Source: a virus (taxonomy: Duplodnaviria > Heunggongvirae > Uroviricota > Caudoviricetes). Taken from it: DNA of 64,000 nt. The DNA is taken from IMG/VR virus record IMGVR_UViG_3300002461_001191. The stretch is one strand, 5' to 3'. Positions 45,667 to 56,722 of this stretch are shown one piece after another. Each line of letters starts with the position of its first letter. Position 1 is the stretch's first letter. Made by a program: the position numbers and the translations under genes. The notes below the pieces were generated by a model. That model made no database searches, was not told the DNA's origin, and worked only from the letters and a program-made list of their open reading frames with translations.

Positions 45667-46503
45667 ATGAGTATAAGCTTCGTTCAAGGAATAGATAAAA
45701 TAAGACAATCCAATAAACCCATATCAACTGCTTGGGGTTTGTCTTGTCAGCACCTGAACTTAGATAATAAGATCAATAAAATCATTGAAATTATTGGCGA
45801 TCATGAAAATCTTTTCGTCAATAGAAATCCATACCATAATCAATATCATTTAGCTGAGGTTATTTGGGCGAGTTCTTGGCTTTGCTTCAATGAGTTTGAG
45901 GCAGAAGTATTAGAAGAGCATGCAATTGTTCTATTCTTGGCAGCAACTTTCCATGACGCTGAGCACCCTGGAAGGGGCAACAGAGTTCCTTTTGAGATAG
46001 AGAAGGTTTCATGTAATTTCTTTCAACAGTGGTGGAAAAACAATTCATTGTTTATTGAAAATATAATGGATTTGAGTCCTTCCCAAATTGAGTCAGCCGT
46101 AATTGAATTGATTTTATTTACTGATATGTTTGATGGAAATCAAAAGGTCAATGTGGATTATATAACAAGAAAAAATCAGGAAAATTTTGGTTTAAGAATT
46201 GTAAAGTTAAAAAAGGTATTGAATGAGGCAGATTTTTTGATGGGTGTTCTTCCACAATATGCGATTGATAAGACAGGTCTTTTACTGAAAGAGTCTGGTC
46301 TGATTATGACAGATAGAGAGATAACCAATATGTTAACCAATTATCTGGAGTCTGTTTTACAAAATGAATTTTCTGATGGCTCAAAGAAGTTAAAAATACC
46401 CCAAATGGTAGATTGTTTTGTAAAAGAGGTTAAAGATTGTGTTAAAAATGGGTTAAATCTAACACAAACACAAGAGCATTTATACTCTGTTTTTGGAAAA
46501 TAA
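45667..46503 (+). CDS. class I (eukaryote-type) 3',5'-cyclic-nucleotide phosphodiesterase catalytic-domain protein
   Basis: YHNQYHLAEVIWAS and AATFHDAEHPGRGN match PDEase_I signature (YHN..HA.DV / HD.dHpG.nN). Confidence 0.6.
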   Translation: MSISFVQGIDKIRQSNKPISTAWGLSCQHLNLDNKINKIIEIIGDHENLFVNRNPYHNQYHLAEVIWASSWLCFNEFEAEVLEEHAIVLFLAATFHDAEHPGRGNRVPFEIEKVSCNFFQQWWKNNSLFIENIMDLSPSQIESAVIELILFTDMFDGNQKVNVDYITRKNQENFGLRIVKLKKVLNEADFLMGVLPQYAIDKTGLLLKESGLIMTDREITNMLTNYLESVLQNEFSDGSKKLKIPQMVDCFVKEVKDCVKNGLNLTQTQEHLYSVFGK

Positions 46504-46523
46504 GCCTTTCAAAAAAGATAAAA

Positions 46524-47036
46524 ATGTATTATAATCTCCAAATCAATGGAGTTTTTATGTTTAAAGTAGCACTTATTTCTTTTTTATCACTATTTTTAAT
46601 GGCTTGTGGACCTAAAAAGGTGGAAAATCTATCCAATACAGTTCCTCTGGGAAAATGGAATTCATTCAATGTCAGCTTTGTCATTGATGAAGACAATAGA
46701 GATGGATCAGGATTTTACAGGTTTGATCACAATTTGGACAAAGACGCTGTAATCAGTGCAGAATTTGAAAAGCCCAAGTATGTCGGCAAAATCAACAACT
46801 TCAATGTGTATTTTATATCAGAAACTTCCAGGAAAACAAAAGCTAAGGGTTTTTATGTAAAAGAGGTTGCCGGAAATTTGGTGCCTATTGGTGGAATACA
46901 GGTTGAAGATGACACATCACATACATCAATTGATACAGTTGTGTTGGATACAAAAAATGTTGATGTGAGTACTTTAAGCAAAAATGAACTCATCTCATTG
47001 GGTCAAGAAATTCTTGAATTAGCAAAGCAAAGATAA
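46524..47036 (+). CDS. lipoprotein
   Basis: Signal peptide with lipobox LMAC. Confidence 0.5.
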   Translation: MYYNLQINGVFMFKVALISFLSLFLMACGPKKVENLSNTVPLGKWNSFNVSFVIDEDNRDGSGFYRFDHNLDKDAVISAEFEKPKYVGKINNFNVYFISETSRKTKAKGFYVKEVAGNLVPIGGIQVEDDTSHTSIDTVVLDTKNVDVSTLSKNELISLGQEILELAKQR

Positions 47037-47065
47037 TCTCAATAGCCACTAATTTAATTAATAAA

Positions 47066-47098
47066 AACGGACTATACTTTGAGTTTAGTCCGTTTTTA
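47066..47098. terminator. bidirectional rho-independent terminator between convergent genes
   Basis: AACGGACT-(13 nt loop)-AGTCCGTT + TTTTT. Confidence 0.55.
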
Positions 47099-47114
47099 TT
47101 TGTAGTATCAATTA

Positions 47115-49595
47115 TTAATTGAATAAGTTAACTTGTCTTTTCATAAACTCAACGCTGTCAGAGATAAGGTTTCTTGATGAGAACTTCTCTACTGCACCGA
47201 TAGGTTTCAAGTGACCTGTATTGTACTGGCTCCATACTTTTGATTTCTCAAACTTATAAACTTTTTTGTTTATAGGGTTGTTGAACAAGAATATTGAATT
47301 TTGTGGGCTAATCCAAACCAATCTTACCTTGGTCTTCTCGGGACCGAACTCAAACCATCTGCCCTTGGAGAACTCTGTGTAGAATTCGTTTTGTGACATT
47401 TCAATTTCTTTGGTTGCATTCTTGTTTTGATTGATGATTTCAAGGTTCTTATCAAACAGTTTAAGAATTTTCTCTTCATTCTTCTCAGAAAGTTTCAATA
47501 TTCTCTCCAAGTCAGTTCCTTTTTGTGACTTCAAGAATGCAAGGTTTCTTTGTGCCAACAAGAACAAGAAGTTGTCTCTGTCTACAGTGCTGATATTCAA
47601 ACCATCGCAAAGCTCATTGAAGCCTTGAGAGATTTTTGGAATATAGTTTCTAAGCTTTTCAGCAGACTCAACAGTATTCTCAGTCAAGTTGGTTGCCCAT
47701 ATGATCATATCAAAGACAAGCAATGATTGATTCAAGCTAACTTTAGCCTCAAGGCTGAGTGTTTTCATGAAGTCTTCTTCAATTTTTTGACTTGATGAAG
47801 CCCACTTTTTACTAAAGCCTTTTGCCCATGATGTTTCTATGAACTTTCTCAAGGGAGCATAGGTTGCTCTGCTGATGGTTTTGCTCACACCATTTAAAAC
47901 ATGGTCAAGGAATATATGAGATTTTTCTTCAATTTCAAATTCTTCACTGACTTTATTGATGAATGTATTTTCTTTATTCTCATAGTCTTGAAGCATGACT
48001 TGAATACTTTTGAGTGCTTCATCAAAAACTTGATTATTGATTTTCTCTTTTTGAAGAATGGTGTTGATGATTTCTTCAAATCTATTTTGATATTCTATGT
48101 TGTATAGAGTGTTGCTGGTAGCTAAGCAATCAAGGAACAATCTAATTGGGTTCTCTTCATTGGAGAAGAACTCTTTGTCAACCAAACATACTTTAAGAAT
48201 AGGTATTTGTAGTTTACCAATCATGTATTTGATATGCTCTGGAAGATTTTCATGCTCAAAGACTCTATCAAACATGATAGATAGAAGATCTATAATCAAC
48301 TGATCTTTATGAGCTTGCTCAACTTCTTCTTCAGTAGTGTCTTTCTTAGCCAAGGTGTCATCGCGCAATGTTGCCAAGTCATGCATGACATTCTTATGAT
48401 CAATATGCATGCCACCCATGATATCATTAGCACTTACATTACTTGCTTGATTGCTGATGAGAACTGAATGCTCAAGACTCAATTGCAAGAATTGTTTTTG
48501 AAGTGCATTGATGGAATTAAGTATGGCGTCATTGTTCAACACTGAAGCCTTAGGAGCTTCTGTAGGAGTTGGACTGACTTTTGACTCTCTTACATGTGCA
48601 GGAATCAAAGACTGAACCTGACTTAGTTTTTCTTCAAACTCAGACATCAAGTTTTGAAAGTAAGAGGCTTTTTTGTTGAGATCTAATTCTTCCTTTGAGT
48701 TGATTGGAGCCGCTTTGTTCAATACTGAAGGAAGTGGAGGTAAGTCTAAGTTGAACAATGTGTCAAGGTTACTTTTTGTTTCAAAAAAGTTGCTTGCCAT
48801 TTGGTTTGTAATGGGAGCTTTAGGTGCAGAAACTTGATTGTTGTTCTTGCTGTAAGAGTGAATCATGGATGAATCATCTGAGTACTCATCTTTTGTTGGC
48901 TCTTTTCTTTTTATACCGTGCTGAATTCTGAATGTCTCTATATCTGGTATGACATCATTAGCAATCAAATAGCTGTTGATACCTTGGAATGTGCTCATGA
49001 CTTGGGTAGGCCAAGCTGAAGCTATCATGTTAAGTGCTTTGGTTTGTTGTGCTCTATTTGTTAATATCTTATTAATAGAAGCAGATAGTGCGCTGGATAA
49101 AACTTCAGGTGAGAATGGATTTCTTTCTTCACCAATGAGCATTTCAACTCTGATAGCAAGGTTTTGTAACTCATCGCCAAGTAGTGATTCTATTTTCTTC
49201 TCCAACTTCATTTTAGAGATAAGTGCGTCTTCCTCTTCATTGGTCATGATGGAGAGATTGGATTTTTTCTCTGGAGTTTTCTTATTTAAGTTATTTAATG
49301 AGTCTTTAAAGTTCTTTCTTAAAGACTGTTGAAAGTCACTGACAAGCTCTGAACGCTTTTGTTTAACATTTATATAGAGTTCTTGTAGTTCAGTTCTTTC
49401 CTCATAGCTCTTTGAGCTTTGCATATTCTTCTTAATCTCAAGCAGCACATTTTCAAGGTTTGAGTCAAAACCATTACTGATTTGTTCCAAGAAGGATCTT
49501 TCACAGTAAGCTAATACTTGCTGTGATTTTACCTTATTGGGTCTGTAGTTCTCAAATTTTAGTTGTGCTGACATTTTTAATTTAACCTCTTGCAA
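47115..49595 (-). CDS. large coiled-coil hypothetical protein (826 aa)
   Basis: Long ORF, heptad-rich K/E/L/Q composition, no enzymatic motif recognised. Confidence 0.45.
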   Translation of the reverse strand: MQEVKLKMSAQLKFENYRPNKVKSQQVLAYCERSFLEQISNGFDSNLENVLLEIKKNMQSSKSYEERTELQELYINVKQKRSELVSDFQQSLRKNFKDSLNNLNKKTPEKKSNLSIMTNEEEDALISKMKLEKKIESLLGDELQNLAIRVEMLIGEERNPFSPEVLSSALSASINKILTNRAQQTKALNMIASAWPTQVMSTFQGINSYLIANDVIPDIETFRIQHGIKRKEPTKDEYSDDSSMIHSYSKNNNQVSAPKAPITNQMASNFFETKSNLDTLFNLDLPPLPSVLNKAAPINSKEELDLNKKASYFQNLMSEFEEKLSQVQSLIPAHVRESKVSPTPTEAPKASVLNNDAILNSINALQKQFLQLSLEHSVLISNQASNVSANDIMGGMHIDHKNVMHDLATLRDDTLAKKDTTEEEVEQAHKDQLIIDLLSIMFDRVFEHENLPEHIKYMIGKLQIPILKVCLVDKEFFSNEENPIRLFLDCLATSNTLYNIEYQNRFEEIINTILQKEKINNQVFDEALKSIQVMLQDYENKENTFINKVSEEFEIEEKSHIFLDHVLNGVSKTISRATYAPLRKFIETSWAKGFSKKWASSSQKIEEDFMKTLSLEAKVSLNQSLLVFDMIIWATNLTENTVESAEKLRNYIPKISQGFNELCDGLNISTVDRDNFLFLLAQRNLAFLKSQKGTDLERILKLSEKNEEKILKLFDKNLEIINQNKNATKEIEMSQNEFYTEFSKGRWFEFGPEKTKVRLVWISPQNSIFLFNNPINKKVYKFEKSKVWSQYNTGHLKPIGAVEKFSSRNLISDSVEFMKRQVNLFN

Positions 49596-49747
49596 TAGCT
49601 ATAGCAAAATATTTTAAATAAAGCAAGAATAAAAATTGCCTTTGAGCTTAAAAATAGTCCGTTCAAGGATTCATTTTTTGTTCATTGGGGTATTGTTTTG
49701 TTAATTTTTTTTGTTAATTCTTAAATCATGGAGAATATGAGTCAAAA

Positions 49748-50629
49748 ATGAACTTAGAAGAAAAAAATATTAGCTCAGAAGATGCCCTTAACTTTTTAAT
49801 TGAACACTATAGAGAAAATAAGAATGTCACTACACATTCAAAAGACTGGTCTATGGTTAAAAAATATAAAAACATCAACAACGAAACATGTAGAGATTTT
49901 ACTTACATAGGTAAGTCAAAATTAGTGGGACTTGAATGTGTTGTTATTTATGACGCTGTTCAAGATCAGATGACTTTGGTAGAGGGGGTTTCATACCCAT
50001 TTTTTGCAAGACAGTCTCCTAACTGGATAGTTTTTGATTATTTTGTTGTAAAGAAAGACTTACAATTTCAGTTCTATTTTAAAAACAGAAAAAACTTTCA
50101 TTTATCTGAAGAGGAACAAAATAACTTCTTGAGTGAAAGGTTTAATGATTTATTCAGATTTTATAAGAGAATTGAAACTGATGATAAAAATATTCATGGA
50201 TTTTTGATTACATTTAAAAATATTGCTGACCCAATAGAAATTTTAGAGAGAGACAGGTTTAAACTTAACAACAAGTTATACAATTCAATGAGCAGTGATT
50301 TTCAAAATCAATACGAGTTGGCTAAATTTGATGTGAACTATTTTTATTACAATTCAAAACCCTTTGAGTCTTTTACTTATCAGCAAGCAATAGATAAGGT
50401 TTTAAACATAACATCTACAAATAAAAATATTGATAAAAGAGATTTAGGTTTGATCAGAAAACTCTTGTTGACTGCTCCAGCATTTGAGGTAGAGATACTG
50501 GAGAAAATAATAGATGGATTTGAAATCAAACAAAAGGAAAAAATAAGAGAAATATTCAAAAACAAGATAAACAATGTTATGGATGGTTCTGAATTCTTAT
50601 TGGATTCAAGAGATTCATACGAATCTTGA
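49748..50629 (+). CDS. hypothetical protein
   Basis: 293 aa ORF. Confidence 0.4.
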   Translation: MNLEEKNISSEDALNFLIEHYRENKNVTTHSKDWSMVKKYKNINNETCRDFTYIGKSKLVGLECVVIYDAVQDQMTLVEGVSYPFFARQSPNWIVFDYFVVKKDLQFQFYFKNRKNFHLSEEEQNNFLSERFNDLFRFYKRIETDDKNIHGFLITFKNIADPIEILERDRFKLNNKLYNSMSSDFQNQYELAKFDVNYFYYNSKPFESFTYQQAIDKVLNITSTNKNIDKRDLGLIRKLLLTAPAFEVEILEKIIDGFEIKQKEKIREIFKNKINNVMDGSEFLLDSRDSYES

Positions 50630-50689
50630 TGGAATGTTTGACAAAATTCGTGTTAATCAATATGATGTGTTAAGTTTTAAAGGAATAAA

Positions 50690-51118
50690 ATGTCAGAAAA
50701 CAAAGCTAAAATCAAAGGTGGTTTAAACTTAGAGCCAAATGAAATTGTCGGATACAGGATAAGTCCTGACGCTTGGAACTGGACTGTTGTAGTTGTCAAA
50801 AGACATGGAAAGGACTCTAAGAATGCTGGGATGGAGTACAAAGAGACATTATCTTATCCTAAGAACTTAAGCAGTGCAGTTTCATGGATTTTCAATCATG
50901 TCAGTGCCATAGAGGGTCGCAAGATTCAAGATTTAGAAGAGCAAAAGACTGGAAACTGTGCAGATCTAAAGTCTCTTGAAAAAGCATTTACCAAAGCAAG
51001 ACAAGAAGCACTCAATGCTGTGGAAGATTTAGAAAAAAGACTTCAAGCAATGGGCATTGACGCTAGTACAAAGGGCTTGAATAAGCTCATGGGAAGTGTT
51101 GCTGAAGAGTCAAAATAA
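50690..51118 (+). CDS. hypothetical protein
   Basis: 142 aa ORF, 9 nt upstream of methyltransferase gene. Confidence 0.4.
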   Translation: MSENKAKIKGGLNLEPNEIVGYRISPDAWNWTVVVVKRHGKDSKNAGMEYKETLSYPKNLSSAVSWIFNHVSAIEGRKIQDLEEQKTGNCADLKSLEKAFTKARQEALNAVEDLEKRLQAMGIDASTKGLNKLMGSVAEESK

Positions 51119-51127
51119 AGAATAATA

Positions 51128-52084
51128 ATGAGTAAGTCCTCTCTAATACTTGGAGATAGTCTTGACCATTATCATACTGCACCTGCACCTGTTGCCATCA
51201 TTTCTGATGGCCCATATGGTGTAGATGGTTTTGAAGGTGATGAAAAAAGCTATAAAAAATTGGCTGAATTTTATTTGCCACATATACTCAACTGGTCGAA
51301 ATATTCTACTGCACAAACTACACTATGGTTTTGGTGTACTGAGATTGGTTGGGCCAGTGTAAACTCTGTATTGCTTGACAATGGTTGGATTTATAAATCA
51401 TGTAATATTTGGGACAAAGGAATTAGGCATATATCTGGTAACTGCAACGGCAAGACTATGAGAAAGTTTCCTGTTGTCACTGAGGTTTGTGCTCAATATG
51501 TTAGAAAAGAAGAGTTCTTTGATGTGGCTGATGAGAGTTTTAGCATACAAAAATGGATGAGAAGTGAATGGGATAGAACAGGCCTTGGTTTGCAAGCTGC
51601 CAATACGGCTTGTGGACTGAAAAGTGCAGCTTCTAGGAAGTATCTAACCAAGGATCATCTTTGGTACTTCCCACCTGAAGAAGAATTTATGAAGTTGGTA
51701 AGTTTTGCCAACGAGTTTGGTGCCTCAGAAGGAAAACCTTATTTTGCAATCAAAGGTGAAAAACCCATTACAAAAAATGATTGGAAAAGGCTTCGTCATA
51801 AATTCAATTTTGAATACAATGTTACCAATGTCTGGAGTGTGCCTACTGTCACAAAATCTCAAAGATATAAGGGAGAAGATTTTGTCTATCATCCAAATCA
51901 AAAACCTATTGAGTTGATGGATAGAATAATCAATGCAAGCACAGATGAGGGTGATATGATTTGGGAGCCTTTTGCCGGGTCTGCTTCTGCCAGTGTTTCT
52001 GCAAAAAAACTACAAAGAGAGTTCTGGGCGGTTGAAAAAAACAAAAAATACTATAATTTAGCCCTCAAAAGATTAGGTTTGTGA
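51128..52084 (+). CDS. DNA methyltransferase, beta-class (N6-adenine or N4-cytosine)
   Basis: Motif IV (DPPY-like) SDGPYG near N-terminus; motif I EPFAGSAS near C-terminus in permuted order. Confidence 0.6.
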   Translation: MSKSSLILGDSLDHYHTAPAPVAIISDGPYGVDGFEGDEKSYKKLAEFYLPHILNWSKYSTAQTTLWFWCTEIGWASVNSVLLDNGWIYKSCNIWDKGIRHISGNCNGKTMRKFPVVTEVCAQYVRKEEFFDVADESFSIQKWMRSEWDRTGLGLQAANTACGLKSAASRKYLTKDHLWYFPPEEEFMKLVSFANEFGASEGKPYFAIKGEKPITKNDWKRLRHKFNFEYNVTNVWSVPTVTKSQRYKGEDFVYHPNQKPIELMDRIINASTDEGDMIWEPFAGSASASVSAKKLQREFWAVEKNKKYYNLALKRLGL

Positions 52085-52120
52085 TACAATATTTTAATAC
52101 TAATATAGGAAAATCAATTA

Positions 52121-53329
52121 ATGAGTAAAGTTATTACCTGTTCATTCTGCGGAAAAAGAGAAAACGAAGTCAAACAAATTATTTCCAATTCTCAAGATTT
52201 GAATCCAGTCTTTATTTGTAACGAGTGTATTGACGGAGCCAAGAACTTGTTGTCAGAAGAGTCAGGAACAACAAAAGTTCTTGAGCATGCTGATGGCATT
52301 CCAACTCCAAAAGAGATTGTAGATTTTCTTGATCAATATGTAGTAGGTCAGGACAAGGCAAAAAAGACATTGGCAATTGCTGTTCACAATCATTATAAAA
52401 GAATCAAGTATGGGCTGTCCAATGAGGTAGAGCTTGGAAAAAGCAATATTTTGATGATTGGTGCAACTGGAACAGGTAAAACATTTTTGGCTCAAAGTAT
52501 TGCAAAGATGTTGAATGTGCCGTTTGCAATTTGTGACGCTACTTCACTCACTCAAGCAGGTTATGTTGGTGATGACGTGGAGACAATTCTACAAAAACTT
52601 CTCTTGAGTGCCAATGGTGATGTTGAGAAGGCACAGCAAGGTATTATTTTCATTGATGAAATTGACAAAATTGCAAAGAAAGACGCTGGCACTTCCATTA
52701 CCAGAGATGTGGGTGGTGAAGGTGTACAGCAATCCTTGCTTAAAATTCTTGAGGGAACACAATCCAGAATTCCATTGACTGGCAGTAGAAAGCACCCAGG
52801 AACCAATATTGAATATATTGATACAACCAATATTTTGTTCATTTGTGGTGGTGCATTTGTGGGACTTGATAAGTTGATGGAGAAAAGCAAAACTGATACC
52901 AGTATTGGTTTTGTGAAATACAATACAAAGTCAGTCAACCCTGAAGAGATTGCATTTGCTGAGAAGTTCAAGCAAAAAATCAATCCTGAGCATTTGTCTC
53001 AGTTTGGTCTTATTCCAGAGTTCATTGGTCGCTTACCTGTTATCTGTGAACTATCAGAACTTGATGTGCCTGCATTAGAAAAAATCTTGGTAGATCCCAA
53101 GAACTCTTTGGTCAAGCAATATCAATATCTTTTCTCTTTGGAAGAAGTTGATTTGGTATTCTCACCAAGTGCAGTAAGGCAAATTGCAAATGTTGCTTTT
53201 ATGCAAAAAACAGGTGCTAGAGGACTCAAGAGTATCATGGAAGAAATTCTCTCAGATTTGATGTTCAATCTGCCTGGATTGAAAGGTCAAAAAGTTGAAA
53301 TTTCTGACATATACAATATCAAGGTTTAA
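52121..53329 (+). CDS. clpX: ATP-dependent Clp protease ATP-binding subunit ClpX
   Basis: C4 zinc finger CSFCGK ... CNEC; Walker A GATGTGKT; collinear ClpX similarity. Confidence 0.92.
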   Translation: MSKVITCSFCGKRENEVKQIISNSQDLNPVFICNECIDGAKNLLSEESGTTKVLEHADGIPTPKEIVDFLDQYVVGQDKAKKTLAIAVHNHYKRIKYGLSNEVELGKSNILMIGATGTGKTFLAQSIAKMLNVPFAICDATSLTQAGYVGDDVETILQKLLLSANGDVEKAQQGIIFIDEIDKIAKKDAGTSITRDVGGEGVQQSLLKILEGTQSRIPLTGSRKHPGTNIEYIDTTNILFICGGAFVGLDKLMEKSKTDTSIGFVKYNTKSVNPEEIAFAEKFKQKINPEHLSQFGLIPEFIGRLPVICELSELDVPALEKILVDPKNSLVKQYQYLFSLEEVDLVFSPSAVRQIANVAFMQKTGARGLKSIMEEILSDLMFNLPGLKGQKVEISDIYNIKV

Positions 53330-53394
53330 AAATTTACTAAATTTTTGAATGTTAAACTATCGACAAATCTATTATTAAATGCTAAATATATTGA

Positions 53395-54519
53395 ATGCAT
53401 AATATTTGTCTACGTTTAAATAACCAAGAAGATTATCTTGAGATTCAATCTAAGGAAGACTCTGATATTGAGTCAACCATAAGTACAATAAAAAGAGAAG
53501 ATTTTTATTGGTCTGATGTGACTGATGTTTTTTTATCTGATCTAGAAGAGTCAAGGTATAGTTTTGAAAATGTATTGATATGGTATAAAAATCTTAAAAA
53601 TTTTATTGCTGTCAATAAATATTTTCCATCTATAGAGGCAACTGCTGCTTTGCAATGTATGCAGTCATTAAATGGTTATAGACCAATGCCATACTACAAT
53701 GATGACACCAAGTATTTGCTGGAATACTGGGGCTATAACAATCCATCATGTATTGGCTTGTTGAATAAATCTGGAGGATGGAGATTTACGGGGGTTAAAA
53801 AAGTTTCATATACTGAGCCTAAGCCATTAGATTTTCATGAGTTCAAAATTGTTAGAATTGGATTGAAAGAAAACAATGAAATGTCTTGCACAAATTTTAT
53901 AGATTTGAAAGTCAGACAATTTGATTTGGATGAATTTGTCAAAATTATTTTGACACTTCCAGAATTTTGGAGAAATCTACACCTCACAACAAGAAAGAAT
54001 GAGCCAAAGAAAAGTTGTGATTTATTTAACCGAATCAATGCCACTTTATCAAGGTTTTACAATTCCGATAAGTTTTATCAACGTGAAGAAGTAAAACTTG
54101 AAAAAGACGAAATCGTTAAAAACATTACTGCTGGCAATCATTTCAGTGTTTATATCAACAACTTTGCAAGCCAACTTATGTTTAGGCTTCCAGGACTTGT
54201 ATTGCCTTTGACTTATAGAGAGCAAGAATTCACAGCAAAGATGGAGCCAGATTTAAACATTTATATTAAGAGAACTGGTGATGTAGATAAAACACATTTT
54301 GTATCTGTTGCGGTCCCTCCCAATTTATTAAAATCCATATTTGAAGATTTCTCTGCTGGTTTTTCAAAGAGAGAAATGGATTTCTCTAGCTACTTCAATA
54401 TGGAGAAATACAATGCAGGGCAATATGTTGCTACTAAAGACTCACAAATCATATTCAATTATGAAAAAAACATGGTTCAATTGTTTGAGTCTTTAACATT
54501 ACTTGATAAGTATGTATGA
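53395..54519 (+). CDS. hypothetical protein
   Basis: 374 aa ORF. Confidence 0.4.
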   Translation: MHNICLRLNNQEDYLEIQSKEDSDIESTISTIKREDFYWSDVTDVFLSDLEESRYSFENVLIWYKNLKNFIAVNKYFPSIEATAALQCMQSLNGYRPMPYYNDDTKYLLEYWGYNNPSCIGLLNKSGGWRFTGVKKVSYTEPKPLDFHEFKIVRIGLKENNEMSCTNFIDLKVRQFDLDEFVKIILTLPEFWRNLHLTTRKNEPKKSCDLFNRINATLSRFYNSDKFYQREEVKLEKDEIVKNITAGNHFSVYINNFASQLMFRLPGLVLPLTYREQEFTAKMEPDLNIYIKRTGDVDKTHFVSVAVPPNLLKSIFEDFSAGFSKREMDFSSYFNMEKYNAGQYVATKDSQIIFNYEKNMVQLFESLTLLDKYV

Positions 54520-54570
54520 TTTACCAAATTTATGATATAATTTGTTTTTAAATTCAAATTAGGTCTAAAA

Positions 54571-55026
54571 ATGGAAGCAATTGTTAATAAAAAAGCGAGA
54601 TTCAATTATGCTATCATCGACAAGATGGAAGCGGGTATTGTATTGGAAGGCTGGGAAATTAAGCCAATTCTTAACAGAAATATGAATCTGGATTTATCTT
54701 ATGTCATTGTTAAAGATGGAGAGCTATTTTTGCTCAACAGTATTGTGATTCCAGAGATTACTGCCTCTACTCATGTGGTTGCAAATCAATCCAGGACAAG
54801 AAAGCTCTTGATGAAAAAAGCAGAAATCATGAAGCTTATTGGTAAAATCAACGAAAAGGGTCTTACTCTTGTTCCTACAAGAGTTTATAGAAAAGGCAGA
54901 AACATCAAGGTTGAAATTGCTTTGGTAAAAGGCAAGAATGAATTTGATAAACGTCAAACAATCAAAGACCGTGATGTAAAGCTTAATCTGGCTTCAATCA
55001 TGAAAAACAGCACAAAAAATAAGTAA
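54571..55026 (+). CDS. smpB: SsrA-binding protein SmpB
   Basis: NKKARFNY ... GWEIK ... GKNEFDKRQTIKDRD typical SmpB. Confidence 0.85.
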   Translation: MEAIVNKKARFNYAIIDKMEAGIVLEGWEIKPILNRNMNLDLSYVIVKDGELFLLNSIVIPEITASTHVVANQSRTRKLLMKKAEIMKLIGKINEKGLTLVPTRVYRKGRNIKVEIALVKGKNEFDKRQTIKDRDVKLNLASIMKNSTKNK

Positions 55027-55047
55027 TAAATAAGGTAAGGGAATTTT

Positions 55048-55656
55048 TTAGAATTCTCTTACCTGTGTTGTACCATTGGGAGATGGTATTGAAAATCCTA
55101 TATTAATCACCTTCTCCCCATTAATAAGCTTAGTACCGCATTTGATACATGAGTACTGCTTTTTACCAGATTTAATATTATTGTGAATTCTCGGCCCCAC
55201 CAATATGGGTGAGGATGGGCACTTGCATAAGTATTCAAATTGAGATGTTCTCCTTTTAAGATCTTCAACATCAATTTCATGTGTTCTCTTAGGTGTTGCA
55301 CCTATTTCTCTCATCATGAAGTTCCATCTTGCTCCATGAGGGTCTGGAAGCTTTTTGCCATTAAATTTACACCATTGGAATACGGCAAGGTGAGCCACTT
55401 CATGTGCAACAGTGTTATTGATGAATTCTTTCCAGTCTTTACCTGCAATTTTCGGATTGAAGTGTAAAGAGTATGCTCCTTGAGGGGACATTCTTGCCAC
55501 ACCTGCTTTAGTGCCTTTGATATCATAAAAGATATTTGGCATGGGCATATTGAAGTTATATATGGAGTTGAATTTATCAATATAGAATACAACCTTTTGC
55601 TTGGTAGCTTCAAAGTGTTCTTGAGTCAATCTTATTTCTTTATCTTTATTTTCCAT
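55048..55656 (-). CDS. SprT-like zinc metalloprotease with C-terminal zinc ribbon
   Basis: HEVAHLAVF (HExxH) ... HGARW; C-terminal CKC ... CIKCGTKL. Confidence 0.6.
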   Translation of the reverse strand: MENKDKEIRLTQEHFEATKQKVVFYIDKFNSIYNFNMPMPNIFYDIKGTKAGVARMSPQGAYSLHFNPKIAGKDWKEFINNTVAHEVAHLAVFQWCKFNGKKLPDPHGARWNFMMREIGATPKRTHEIDVEDLKRRTSQFEYLCKCPSSPILVGPRIHNNIKSGKKQYSCIKCGTKLINGEKVINIGFSIPSPNGTTQVREF

Positions 55657-56722
55657 TTAACTTCTCTCTCAAAATAGATGGTAAGATTGTGCTGAACAGA
55701 CTCATGATAATTAGATATAAGTACATATTGTTGTTAATGATGTTGTATTGCATGAGAATATTCAAAAATATAATTTCTGTCAGTCCTCTTGTATTTAATA
55801 AAATAGAGTTTGTATAATCAAGTTTCTTATCTAAAAACAATTTAACTCCCAACATTTTTGATATGATGGGCACTAAAAAAAGAATTAAAAATTCTTGATA
55901 ATTCCAAGATGAAGTAATTGCATTCCAATCAACCTTAAGCAAAGAAAATCCAAATACAATTGGCAAACATATGTACTGAGCAAATTGCTCTATTTTCTGC
56001 TCATGCAAAATATCAATGCTAATGTTGTTTTTTTTAGAAAGAATAATCCCAAGTATAAGAAATATGAGATAGAGGCCAGAATTCATATAGAGTAGAAAAT
56101 AAATCAAGGCTAACCATATAAAACCGAAGCCCAATGTTTTACTCAATATATAAAAACAGAAGAGTGATAAGACAAGATAAGATAGTTTTTCTAAAGTAAT
56201 TGAATCTACAACCATACCAAATGACAACCAACATATGATATCAATCAAAATTGCTATGGAGAGTATTTCTTTTGTTTTTTCGGCAGAAAATTGCATTTCT
56301 TTCAGATAGAAAAAAAGTACAGGTACTGCACTAATTGAAAACACACATGCAAGACCTACCAGAAAACTTGGACTTGTATTGCCATAGTAAAGAATAGCAA
56401 CCAACAATGCACAAGCAACTGGCAAAATAAGACTCAATGTTGATTTTACAACAATAGATTTCTCTAGTTTCATATCTTTTATCTCTATCAGTACATAAAA
56501 CAATATGAATGCGGATATGAATTTATAAAATGAATTGAATCCAAGATTTTCAGTGTTTACAGAAACACCCATTTGAAAGAACACGAGTGAAAAAATAACT
56601 GATATGATGGTCAGTATGAGAATTTTTTGATTTTTTAAAAACCTCAAGGGAGCTTTTTCTGATATTGAAATTGCCCCCTTGAAGAATAAAATATAGAGAA
56701 ATGATAAGATGTATGACATCAA
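55646..56722 (-). CDS. polytopic membrane protein (transporter-like)
   Basis: 358 aa, ~10 hydrophobic helices. Confidence 0.45.
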   Translation of the reverse strand: MMSYILSFLYILFFKGAISISEKAPLRFLKNQKILILTIISVIFSLVFFQMGVSVNTENLGFNSFYKFISAFILFYVLIEIKDMKLEKSIVVKSTLSLILPVACALLVAILYYGNTSPSFLVGLACVFSISAVPVLFFYLKEMQFSAEKTKEILSIAILIDIICWLSFGMVVDSITLEKLSYLVLSLFCFYILSKTLGFGFIWLALIYFLLYMNSGLYLIFLILGIILSKKNNISIDILHEQKIEQFAQYICLPIVFGFSLLKVDWNAITSSWNYQEFLILFLVPIISKMLGVKLFLDKKLDYTNSILLNTRGLTEIIFLNILMQYNIINNNMYLYLIIMSLFSTILPSILREKLNGK

